A stretch of DNA of 64,000 nucleotides from Anthoceros angustus. Taxonomy: Eukaryota; Plantae; Anthocerotophyta. Location of the stretch: the NCBI GenBank assembly GCA_010909165.1, contig MU008174.1, forward strand, positions 62,001 to 126,000. The letters run 5' to 3'. This document shows positions 36,135 through 48,320 of the stretch, piece after piece. Every line of letters begins with the position of its first letter. Position 1 is the stretch's first letter. Below the pieces are notes generated by a model that saw only the letters and a list, made by a program, of their open reading frames with translations, ran no database searches and was not told the DNA's origin. Made by a program: the position numbers and the translations under genes.

Positions 36135-36693
36135 TTCCCGTGACGCTTGCTACCAGGAATTTACAGATCTGGGGCGATCCCCGCCACTGCAGTTCAACCA
36201 ACAAGCCGAAGCTTCAGCCAGCAGAATCATACGTTCAACCAATCCAAACAAATTCAAATTCCGCAATCTGATGACGCAACTTGCAAATCAGCGATGGACC
36301 GATAACAGCAAGTAAACGGAAGCACACCTCGATCACACCCTGGACGAGCTCCAAGCAAATCCGCCAGTGCGCCCCAGAGAACACGAAACCCTGCGGACTG
36401 AGACTGTAAGACTGTAACACAACTGCAAACCCGGGTGCCCTAACCACTGGTAACCAGGGTTAGCCTGTCGCTGTAGCTTCGTGACACGATGGGTAACTTG
36501 TAGTTGTGGTTAGGTCTGTCTCGTTTGCGTGAGTACTTCCTTTGCTTCGCATTGTTGGCTCTGTTGTGATGCTGTGCGATCTATGGTAGGTACTTGCCCG
36601 AGCTTTTGTGTATTTTGGGATCTGTTGTGTTGGATATTGTCTGATGCACTCTGAGTTTGGCAGCTTGAGCTTCGACAGCACTCACCTTCGACC

Positions 36694-38505
36694 ATGGCAA
36701 CAGGAGGTCTGTTGTTGTTTTCGGCCGCTGTAGTTTTGCAGGTGTTGGTGCCGGAGGCACTGGCACTTACGGAGGGCGGTGTGCCAGCTTACATCTGGTC
36801 GGATCTCAGGTTAGGAGGATTGTGATCAGATCTCTAGGACCAGGCGATTGGCTGATGATAGTTCGCCCTTCGCCATTCAGATCCCACTGCCACTAGGCTG
36901 GTGGAGCTGGATTTGAGTCTTCTGCTGTTTATTTTCCGGCGCGAATGGGGATCTTTGGGTGTGAAATGTTTTTGCTCGGCTGTGAATGCAGATGTTTGAG
37001 TAGGTTGGAGCATAGTCCGAACAGCAAGCATGTCACGCCGATGCATTTAGCCCTCGACTTTCTGGAAACTTATGCCGGGGCTACACCCAAGGTGATAATT
37101 CAGCTTCACCATGGCTATTTGGATTAGATGATGAGCGGGAAGTGCTTGGTTTGCAGTCTGATGGGAAAGTGTTGTCTTCGCAGTGTGACAACGGTGAAAT
37201 CAGTGGGGCAGTGGAGACAGCAGTCTTTGTTGTTGGAAATGAGGTATTATCTTGAGCTTACATGTGCCTGTAGAGCTAGATTAGCTGACTGTTTGTTGCC
37301 TTTCCTGTACATGCTGTGCCCCATAGCCTTTGAAGAATTCAGAAATCCTTACAACGTTGATTTGGCAGATTTACTTATGAGTATCCTCTTGCAATGCTCA
37401 GCTGCGGTTGTCAGATTCTTTGGTTTCTCCCTCTCTCAACGGCTTTGACCTCAAGCAGATTTTGGAGGTACGTTGGGTACTGTAGTATGATGCGGCTAGT
37501 TGGCAGGGTTTGGCCCCCGTCTTAGTACTTCTTTTATCCTTGCTCACTTATTTGTTTTCTTCATGTCCCAGACCTCTGGTGTATCTATTGCCTATTCTGT
37601 AGTGAGCTCGGTGTATGAGGTGAAGTCAGTCGCTGAAAGTTTGCTATCCGGCATAAGTTCCAACAGCATTCAGGCCTTGGGCAAGGTTGCTGTCTTGGGT
37701 GCTTGTGGGGTGGACTTGGGGGAGGTTCAGGATATTAAGCTACAGGATCTGAAGGTGGCCTCCTGCCCCTATTCTAGCCCTTGAACATCAAGTTGCTGCA
37801 GGCTAGGCAGTATCTGCAGCTAGTTTCCTGTTTGACATGCTGTTTTGCATCTCTCTTTTAGGAGTACTTATCAGCAAGGAAGAAAACAGAGAGACCAGGG
37901 CTGACAGACGTGCTTGTTGTCTGCACTGCTTCGGAGGGCAGTTTCAACAGACATCAGCTCCTGCAAAACGAAGGTGTGGTTTCAGATTTTGCCTTTCATT
38001 TACTTTCGTGCATGCTTATGGCTGCCCACAAGTGAGATGTGCTAGTGGCTGCATTTGTGGCAACTCTGAGATTATTGGGTGGCTTCCCTTGCAGCCAAAG
38101 TCTTCATAGAGACACTGTCAGCGTTGCAAGCATCGGGCACAAGCTATGTGGGCCTCTACACAACTGAGCAACAGGGGCATGGTGAGGTGATGGTTAGGTC
38201 ACTGGCTGATTACAGCAATGGAACTGGCAACGATATCGGAAATGTGACTCTAGTTTGTGGCCCACAATGTCTCCGAAGAGCTATGCTGTGGGAGAACTTT
38301 TTTGTGGTGAGTGCGAATGGTCTGTGGTTTGGACAAGATTCTTTGGTAGTGTCTTATCCAGCTTCCTTGGCAGCCAGTCTGCTGCATTATCTCATGAATC
38401 TTACTATTGCAGGTTCTTCTGACGCTCATCATCCTTCTTGGGGGCATATGCTGCATGGCGAATCTTCAGGCCCCAACCAGATTCGAAATTGCTAAGCAGG
38501 AATAG
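36694..38505 (+). CDS. Type I membrane protein, V-ATPase accessory Ac45/VOA1-like (At3g13410-like family), multi-exon
   Basis: Signal peptide MATGGLLLFSAAVVLQVLVPEALA followed by VPAYIWS. Later exons give TDVLVVC, SGTSYVGLY, CGPQCLRRAMLWENFFV|VLLTLIILLGGICCMANLQAPTRFE. Internal exon boundaries are not all resolved. Confidence 0.75.
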
Positions 38506-41500
38506 TTGGACGTGCTGTAAGATCCCACTTAGTGATCTCACCTTTGTTTATGGGAGCCACACGTGTTGTGTTCCAGGTCCACGTTTTTTCAGTGTTGGTT
38601 TCTTTTCCACTATCTTGGAAGTAGCATCAACGCCTTTGCCATATTGGGACGTGAAGAAGTCTTGGTGAAGCCTAGCTTAGATGGAAGCTAGGCTGCCAGA
38701 AGTGGCTGAGAAAGTCGGAAAGTTCCATACCAATCGGAGGTGGATCTGTCACCTGCATTATATGGGACATACTTTCTTGTGTGACCTGTGAGGGTGTTGG
38801 ACAGGAGTTAGTGACAACACTAGGTAGTGAGCTCCTCGAGTAGGGTGAAGACATCGAGCGTGAACCACTGTTACAGTGGTCTCTTGAAGCAGCTAAAGGG
38901 CCTCGGGCCTGTTTGGCACTTTTTGTGCTCGTGCCATTTGCCTTGTTTGCCATGCTTTTGTATCAATTCTAATTTTATCAGAGCTATCTATCTTGTCTCC
39001 TCCGCGCCTTGCTGCTGGTGGACTTCCATGTTGCTGTTGCTGATTGCCGGTTTCAGTAACCCTGATGTTCTGTTTGATAGGTCTCTTACAGGAGTCACTT
39101 ATCTTGTTTCACCCTCCCAAGCAACGGACCTTGGTTTTGCTGTCGTTCAAACTAGTGTAATGAGAAGGCCAAAGGTCATAGGCGTGAAGCATGAAGAAGG
39201 TGCAGGAAGCATGAAGGTGGGATCCAGCAGGTTGTGTTCCGGATCCATAGATAGGTAGCTTGAAAAGGGAGATGCAAGTGAGTTTGTACTGTAAAGAAGC
39301 AAGGGCCTGTATGTTACAGGAGGGAGGGGGGGAGAGGGTGGGGAAGAGTAGAAGAAGACGAGGCTGGACACGATGATTGTGAATGATGAAACTGTTAGCG
39401 TTGTGGGAAAGGGGTTGGGTCATGATGGGAATGAGGAATAACGGACCGTTGGGGCAGAATGTTGTCTCTTGTTGGTCAAGCCGCGTCTCCCGTGAGCGTC
39501 ACCGACAGTTGATGTGGGGATCTTTGATTCTTTGCGCAGAGCTGGAGGTCCGCCATTGGAGAGGCAGCAACTCACGGAGGTACGTTGTGCTGATGCCCGC
39601 CCTCCGTTTCTGGCATTCTGCCTGCTCCAGCACGGCCCGCTTCTGGGGACGCGCATTTCATCCGTGAAACTCACACTCACCAATGCCCATGCCCCCCCTT
39701 CATGGCCAGGCCTGTGGCCCCGTGTTCTGCTGTGTGGGAGATGGGGACATCCCAACATCATTGCCCTTGTGAGATCAGCAGGTCGCCACCCCGCCGTACC
39801 GCTGTCTGACGGAGGAACATCAGCAGTAGCAGTTCCAGTACATGCCCCAGTTGCATGTTACGGGGTCGGCGTACCTCTGTAACTGGTACATACATACCTC
39901 ATTGTCCTGCGCTGGACGAGCTTGCCCATGAACTTCAGAATCATCCCCTGGCTCCCTCCCAGTACACACATTGAAGCCTGATGAAGGTGACGTCGTCTTC
40001 GGTACCTACCCTCAGTTAATAGCTGCCAGAAGGCCAGGAGGCCAGGAGGCCAGGTGCCCAGGGAGGAGTTGTTGTTGTATGTATGTATGTACATATGTAT
40101 GTGTCTCACCAACCATCGTCCAGTCGTGGTGATTTCTTTCAACACTTGTTCGAAATCCTTGAACCCAGAAGATCAATGTCATTAACAGCTAACGTATGTG
40201 CAGGCTGTATCCATGTCATCAACAGGGTGCAGGCTGTATCCATGTCATCAACAGGCAACAGCACACAGATGTATCTGCAGGCTGCCGGTAATACACCTCA
40301 TGAGCCGCCAGCTGAGTCCCGTTCCCATTGGCCCCGTGGGCAAGCCACGAGCTTGGTGTGGAACCACAATTCGGGTTCGGGCTTCCGGGTTTTGGGTTCC
40401 GGCTAATAATGGGGCAGATGCAGAATATGTATGTACAGTTGCAGACTGCGGACTGCAGGTGCAGCGGAGGCGAAGGAGCGGGAGCGGGAGCAGGAGATGG
40501 AGCTGGAGCCCAGATATATGAATGATTAGAGAGGTATGTGCCGGTGCCCCTTGCCTCACAGTCTCACTCCCTCGTCAGATGTTTTATGTTTTTCTATCTA
40601 ACCATTACGCTGACCAGGTGGTGGGTAGTCGAGTTCTGCAAAGACCATCTAAGTCTAGTCTACTGTAGACGCCCTTTTTACAGAAGCGCATGCTTTCTTC
40701 CGACCAGGTGATGTTGGGCAGTCGCTTTGCACAAGTGGCGCGGATCATGGAACAAAGGCGGGGTAAAAGCTGTCCCGTCTGGGCGCGTGTGAACAGGGCC
40801 CGCCCCAGACCCGGTCCCAAACCCTAACGCCCTAACGCCCACAGTCCGTGCCGTTCTGCTCCTCCTCCTCCTTTGCCATCAATCTCACGACCCCCTCCCG
40901 CTTTTGCAGATGAGCGAGGCTGTACCGCTTCCCATCAACAATAATGGATGCAACGCTTTGACAAGCTCACAGCCCTTTTCTTTTCCGTTGCCGCAAAAGC
41001 GGAAGCCGGGCCCGGGACGGGACCCTGTTTGGAGCGCGAAGCTTCATGCTGCGGGGACTGGACGGGGATGGCAAAAGGATACACCCAGATCTTTGTGGGC
41101 ATAAAGCGAACGACAAGGAGGTATGCAACGGGCAATCAATCAATCCTGTTCCAGCTCCGCAGGCAGCAACTGGAAGGACGCCAAGGGATTGGGAGTGTGT
41201 GGAGCGGTTGCGGTTGTAGAGGAGCGGAGCTAGCCATTGATATCCATAATGGACGTCCGACCTCCGGCTGGCCTAGTCGGTGGGTCCCCGAACCCGTGGA
41301 CCCCTTCTGCACTAACTGCGACTGAATCGCCCCGAATCGAGACTTGAATGCAGCAGTCAGAGCACTGAATGGAGCAGTGTCAGGACTCAAGTCAATCACC
41401 CGGGCCCCAGGCAAAGCCAGCGCGCAAAGCGAGCAGCAGTAAAGGACAGCCCGATTCGGGCCGAGGTCTATCCACCCTACCCTACCCCACCAGGTACCGA

Positions 41501-41589
41501 TCAGGGCATTCATGGAGCTGCAATGTAAAATTAGGCTTTGGATTAAATCAACATCAACGAAAGCACTGCATGTGTGGAGGTGGAATGCA

Positions 41590-41920
41590 AAACAAAGGTT
41601 TAGGAATGCAGAACTAGGTCTTGGAAATGCAAATCTAGGGTTTGAGATTGCACGATTAGGGTTTGGAATTCAAAGTCTAGGGTTCGGAAATGCATTATCT
41701 TGATGCTGGATAGGGTTTGGAATCGCAAAATTTAGGTTCTAGAAATGCGGGATTGGGTTTAGGAATTGCGAAATCCGGGGCTTAGAACTGCAGGATTGGG
41801 GATTCGGGTTTGGGAATCATAGTGACTAGGGTTTTCATGGAGTGATCGCTTTTTCATTGCAGAATCAGGGTTTGGATTCGGATGATACGATATACATAGG
41901 TACGTAGTTAGGATTTTGAT
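41590..41920. repeat. Degenerate ~21-bp tandem repeat built on TAGGGTTT (telo-box-like)
   Basis: Recurring (C/T)TAGGGTTTGGAA(A/T)TGCA-like units. Confidence 0.7.
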
Positions 41921-44900
41921 GGATTGATGGAATTGGAATGGAAGATCGGGGCGTTTATTTAGGATGTCAGATACAAGGTTTTACCGTTGTAAGCATGCGA
42001 GGGAATTCGAACTCACGATCTGTCCTGTGGTGTGTTTCCGTGCTATCTCAGTGACCACGGCGACTATGGTGTGTTTCTTTTAGCTGCTTGTTGCGGGAGC
42101 GGAGGGGGGGAGCCGGCTTCCCTGTTGTGCGGCGGTAACGAGACAAGGGTGGGTGGCCTGTTTCAGGCCGTCCACGCACACAGCTCTGCGATTCTGACAC
42201 GCCCACGCGTTTCCAGGGCCGGGACTGTGGCTGCGGGCAGTGAGCTGGGACAGGGGTTCCAGCTATGACGCCCGCTGCAGTGCCCGCCCAACGGCCCGGG
42301 CCGGTGCTGTGCAGTACCGGAGTCCGGAGCTCTGGAGGGGCAGATGTACATTTACTGTAGTTTATGAGCGGTGGCGGAGGTGTTCATGTGAGCATGCCCA
42401 GTGGGCTGAAATTGCTTGTGGGCAAAGGTGGCGAGGACTCCATGTTGGTTTTCCATGTCGTGCACAGACAGAGGCAGAGAGCAGGTCCGGACTCCAGTCT
42501 CCGTCGAGTGCAGGTACCTCTGGAGGGAGGCCGTGCGGCGGGCAGAAGCATGCTGGCTCTGGCTCTGGCTCTGGCTCTTGCCCTTTGTTTTGTTTACTGC
42601 TTTCCTCCCGGCTCCTAAGCCCCATGGGACGCTTGAGACAGAGATTATGTGCCCACCTGTTGCATGGCCTCCGACCCTGTGTCTGCCCGGCTTTATCCTC
42701 GTTTGCGCCCTTCCAAGTCCTCGCACATGCTAAAGCCGTTGCCGCTTCCTTTGTGCGCACATGAATTATCCCTGGCCTCCCTGAATCTCTGGTACCTTCG
42801 GTACCTCTACTGCTGCTGCTGTTGCGAGGCCTGGGCCCGAGAGCCCGAGCAACGTGCTGTCGGTGTATTCAACCCATAGCCCTTTTACATTCTCCCGTCT
42901 GTCTTTTTTGTGTTGGGCAGAGACTATAGTATTATTATGTGTACGCTTATCGATTCTATGTATGTATCCCGTGTACATATCCATGCATGTACATCCTTCC
43001 TGACACATAGTATGAATGTATGTATGCATGCAGTTAATGATGATAGCAATGCGCATGCAAGGAAAGGACGCTGGCCGCCTGGCCGAGGCAGCAGAGGCGC
43101 GAGGCAGAGGCAGAGGCAGAGGCAGTCAGAGCTCCAGCTGGGGCCTGGACTCCACAGGAGGCCCAGTCTTCAAGGCGCTTTCAAACGCGCTCTCCAGCTG
43201 CCGCTAAACTGGCTCCACAGATGCATTAATTCCTGCCAAAGCCTGCCCGCACGGCCTCGCTTCCCGTCTCGTTGTGTGTGCTATGTTTAACCTTTGTGTT
43301 GTTAATCCCAGCTTCTGGGCCCTGCATCCTCGCTAACTTCGATGCTTGCGCTGGCTGTGGCTGGCTATGGCTGGCTGGCCTTGGCTGGGCTTGGCTGGGG
43401 CCCTGGCTGGAGCCACTGCTGCAGCAGGAGCATGTGCAGCTGCAAGCCCACATCATCTCTCACGGACGGGACGACTCATCTGTCATGGCCCATGGAATAT
43501 GGATTTCTGCCCACCTTGTCCGGCTCGCTCCCTCCCCGTGGGCTGGCATGGGCACTGGGCAGTGGGCACATCTCCCCCGGAGAGCCTATGTCTTATGCAC
43601 CAATATCCCCCTTCTGGCGCGTCTCTTGCTCCCAAAACATCGATTTCTGACACCCTTTCTTTGACCGCCATAGCCCGTTCAACCCTGCTTCGGTGCTCCC
43701 TCTCGTCATCCCACAACCTCGGAATTGTACTACCCAAACGGAACGGGCTGCCCCAGTACCCTTATCGAGATCTCCGGGTGGGATTTGGAAATCGATTTGC
43801 GGACCTGGGATCTAGCTGACCATGCGCCATTCCGGTCTGTTTGTAAACAAAGTCGCAATGGAATTTGCAGGAATGTATGTACAACATTCTGCTCGGCTTA
43901 CGCCCACGTTTATGGGGCCCTGTGAAGGAGGTACACGGATTTGTCAAACCTTGACCCATTCAAATTCAGATATATTTCTCACCTTGGGCACCTTAGGGCA
44001 CCTAGGGGGACCTATGGGGACCTTGGGGGCATTGGGGGAGAAGGGAATGGAAGGAGAATACACTGTTTTCTTTCTTTGCTGAAAACGGAATGGAAGGGGA
44101 ATACCGCAGATCGTGTTAGACATTCCAAACAAGACTGCCAATGAAATGCCATACCGGCTGCTCTCACGTTTCATCATCTCATTGGCAGCAAAATGACATG
44201 GGTGCACAAGGACACATTTCATTGGCAGTAGAAGGAGGACATGAACAGCATTGAACCCAGGACCCAGCCCTTCCATTGGTGCAACGTCGGAATAGATATT
44301 ATACCTGCCCATGATGCGGCGTTGTTGGCATCAATGTTGACCTATCGCCCACCACACTCCCAACTCGGATATTGATGACCCCGGCCCCGGAGGGTGTAAA
44401 TCGCTCTAGTAACGGGGAAGATGCGGGGGTTGGACTCCTACGAGCAGCCTAGTTTGTTTAGCTACCTCGAGGGGATGCAGACAATGCATTTGAGGAATCT
44501 GAGAAATTCCACATTCCTTTTGGCGAGCTTATCGAGGCCCAACGTGCAACCACCATCTGCACCCATCCGAAGGGCTTTCACTTGTTACCAAGTATGTAGC
44601 CTCAACTTCCCCCTCCAAGGCCCCACCCCAGGCCTCCTCTTGGGCACATCTCCCGTCCAGAATCCTACACACATCCTTGATGGAACCCACAACCAGGGCC
44701 AAGCTTCCACACACCCAACACACCAATTGGCAAACACCAGCCCACAAACAAGTACAGCGGGGTGCAGAGGGTAAATCTCCCATCCAGAATGGGGCCAGAT
44801 TTTGCAGCCCACAACACGCTTCCCTTCCAGTTCTGCCTTCTGCCTTCTGCCCCTGGACTAACAGGGCTGAGAAACAGGTCTGCCAAAGATCGAGCTGTGC

Positions 44901-46188
44901 ACGAGGTGAGACGAGGAGATGGCGGTAGCGATGTCAGAAGTTGGGCAGTTGGCGCCGTCTGGCCCCCCTTTAAGGGCCCCAGTTAATCCACACCAAATCT
45001 TTGGCGAACCCACCTCGAGATGCGCGCTGCGCTTGGCTTTTTGCTGTACGGGACATGGGGCCCTCTAGCCGCCATTAATCCCCCGCCTCCCCATCATTGG
45101 CCCCACCCTTAACCCTATTTCATATTTCATATAAACCCTAACCCTCCATCTATATTTAGCCCTCACCCTCACCCTACCCCTACCCCTAACCCTAACCCTG
45201 ACACCAGCTAAAGTGGGTGGGCCGGGGCCCGATGCCCCCGTGTTGGAGGCCGCGATCAGGCATATAGGAAAGCCGCTTTTGGGGGCTCCAAAATGCGACC
45301 CGCCCTTGTCGTTTGCTGTTACTCAAGCAAACAGTGAAAATGCGCGTGGGAATTAGCGTAGGGCCCACCAGAGCGCGACATGTACACCCCTAGTTATTAC
45401 GCTGATTCATGGAGCCGCTTGCCGTTAGTATTTAAACCTCTCTCGTCGCAACTCGAACCTTCTCTTCCACACACACTTTTTCAGTTTACATATGGCTCAC
45501 CACTCACCACCTCGTCCTCGAGCTTTTCGTTACTGCCTTCATTAATGCAGCACCTTTTCGGCAAAAACTCTTCCATCCACCATTTAATAAAAACTATTAA
45601 TATTATAATATTTATATGTATTTTAATACTCACTAAAATATAAAGACAATAAAAATTTAGCTTCACTGCCCTTCATCCTTTGTTATGGGTTAATAGTCTT
45701 GTAGATCTTCTTTTTATTTTAAAAAGTCTTGTTTGTTAGCCACTAAAACGAGATTGAGCTTCAAAAACATACTTCCACAAACAACATCATAAAATGAATC
45801 ATGTACCAGAATATTTAATACATTCTCATAATTTCTATATAGTAAAAATTATATCATTAATAAAAGAAAATAAAGAGAGAAATTTTAAACGAATATAATA
45901 TTTTTATATTTATCCAAAGTATAAAGAAACAAACTGAGGTGTCATATAGAGTTGAAGTATAAAATGTTTTGGTTTTGTTTCTTCTTATCTAACTTCTAAC
46001 TTTTTTCTTCTTTTATCTGTATTCTTAAATAATAATTAAGTGTAAATAATATTTCCAAAGGGAATAATAGAACCATCTAAAAAATTAATAATCGAACCAG
46101 CTTATGAATCTTTGTTGTTTGGGTCATTCATTTGGCATCGGAATCATGTAAAAGCACGGAGAATAAGAATGTGGAAGTACTTGAATAA

Positions 46189-46240
46189 ACACATTCCCTT
46201 CTGGAATGCACACATTCCCTTCTAGAATGCACACATTCCG
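46189..46240. repeat. 21-bp tandem repeat, about 2.5 copies
   Basis: ACACATTCCCTTCT(G/A)GAATGC repeated. Confidence 0.8.
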
Positions 46241-47861
46241 AAGAGAAGTTGATTGGAAGAGAAAAATATGACTTATAGCATCATAATTGCATATGTACTT
46301 TTTATCCACTTTCAAGTCTACGGAAAGATATTACATAGCACACTTGTCGATACCCTTCCTAATACATGTTAGTTTTCTTGTTTACAAGCTATCAAAAGTT
46401 GTTATCATCTTGTACAAAATAAAAACAAATCAAAATCCTCTGAAGTATTAGAACAGAGGGAATTAGACGGAGCCCTTCTAGAAAAATGAGGACATAATGA
46501 GGCTCTAGGGACCCCATCTAAGTATTGATCTAAGTGCTGAGAGGGTTTCGGAGTGGGAACATTGTACTGAACAATTTTCATTAGATGCCAAGTAGTTGCG
46601 GCACACCGTGGTACAAGTTGTTAAGTATAAGTCCCATGACAACAAAATTTCGCCCAAATGGACTATGATAGACATCTTCTAGTCTCTCTTGGAGTTGGAA
46701 CAAGGAGAGCGGCAGGTAAGAAGACTACCTATGCAGGTACTCAAAGAGGTGATCGGTGATACATACCTAAAGAATTAAGGGAGTAGTTTTCTTAACCATG
46801 ATAAAGGAAATCAGGGAAACAGGAACGGAGAGTCGGTAAAGCGCAGGCAGGTGGGGCCAAGGAAATTACGTCCGTTGGGTATTGACGGGCAGGAAATAAA
46901 TGAGAATAATGATTGGGGAAAATGAATGGAAAGAAGCATTTATGAGGCCACGTCCCGCTTGCTTTAGGTTGGCCCTTATAACTAGAAAATAAAGGGGCCT
47001 GGAAAGGGAAGGCTATATGGGACCTGGAGTTATTGACCACCAGACGAGGTGACGAGGGTGAATGGGGGACAGACTAGGCGGGACCCGCCTCAGGATTATT
47101 GGGACGCGAGCGAGGTCCGTGTGAATTTCCAAGTGGCCGGTACATGCTATTCTAGGCACGGAGTGCCGAAGCCATTGCCGCTGCCACCCGTGCGCGTCGC
47201 CCCATCGCCATCGCCCTTTGCCCAACCGGCGCCCCTCTACCCGCCCACAAAGCCCCCTTATTACTAAACCCTAACCCTTTATTCATGTTTTACCGCCCAA
47301 ATGCTTTGTTGCTAACCTCACCCTAATCACTAACAACTAACGTAACGATCCCTAGATAAAACCATGAAGAACTCGTCATCTCACCTATGCCTTCTGATAG
47401 TGGAGATATGGTATGTTGTGCTTGAATGATTGTCCACCTCATCTATACCTTTTAATGGTGGAGATATAGTATGTTGTGCTTGAATGATTGTAATTGGAAT
47501 TATGATAGTGTAGGTATTCACCTTATTTTTTCATATCAAATAACGTAAAGAGGTTACCAATCACTAAAAGGATGTGAACAAGAACTTTTGTGATCAATGA
47601 TCTTGATTAAGAGGATTAATTGATGTCACCATGGGTTGTTAAGTGTCCTCGACAGTATTCCAACCATGATTGTCTATGAAAATATGTTAGGATTCCTCTT
47701 GTAAAGTTCTTCTTGTCCAAAAATAATTCGAAAGTGGAGGTTGTCAAGTATCCTCTTGGCAAGTCTCCTTTTACTGGCAGGAAAAGGTAATGACATTCTT
47801 ATTGTGCAATTAGTTTTGAATGTCCGATAAGTTTTGATCCCTAGCAAGCGGTTCCTTCCGT

Positions 47862-48320
47862 GACAATCTCAAAAGCACGAGGCTTCTTCCTTGACACAAT
47901 CTCAAAAGCAGGAGGCCTTCCTTGACACAATCTCAAAAGCAGGAGGTTCCTACCCTGACACAATCTCAAAAGCACAAGGTTCTTTCCCGACACAATCGCA
48001 AAGCGGACATCCATCTTTCCCTTACTTGTACAATCTCAAAAGTGCGCATTCGTCTATCCTGACAGAATCTTAATACCGATATCCTTCTATGTATCCCTGA
48101 CACAATCTCAGTAACGGACATCTCCATCCCGACACATTCTTGATGCCTGACACATATATGAGGCCCCGACAATTCCTTGATGCTTGACACATATATGAGG
48201 TCCTGACACATTCTTGATGCCTGACACATATATGAGGTCCCGACACATTCTTGATGCCCGACACATATATGAGGTCCCGACACATTCTTGATGCCTGACA
48301 CATATATGTATGAGGTCCTC
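47862..48320. repeat. Compound minisatellite: ~32-bp units grading into five 37-bp units
   Basis: GACACAATCTCAAAAGC units at 47862-48130, then GACACATTCTTGATGCCTGACACATATATGAGGTCCC at 48131, 48168, 48205, 48242 and 48279. Confidence 0.92.

Noticed and set aside
39900-45300. Many short overlapping ORFs and possible miRNA hairpins
   Set aside because: The DNA is GC-rich and microsatellite-laden. I recognised no protein motif or conserved plant miRNA by eye, though a search could still find one.
47862-48320. Conserved core with variable spacers, CRISPR-like
   Set aside because: The intervening sequences are related to each other, so this is a diverging minisatellite.
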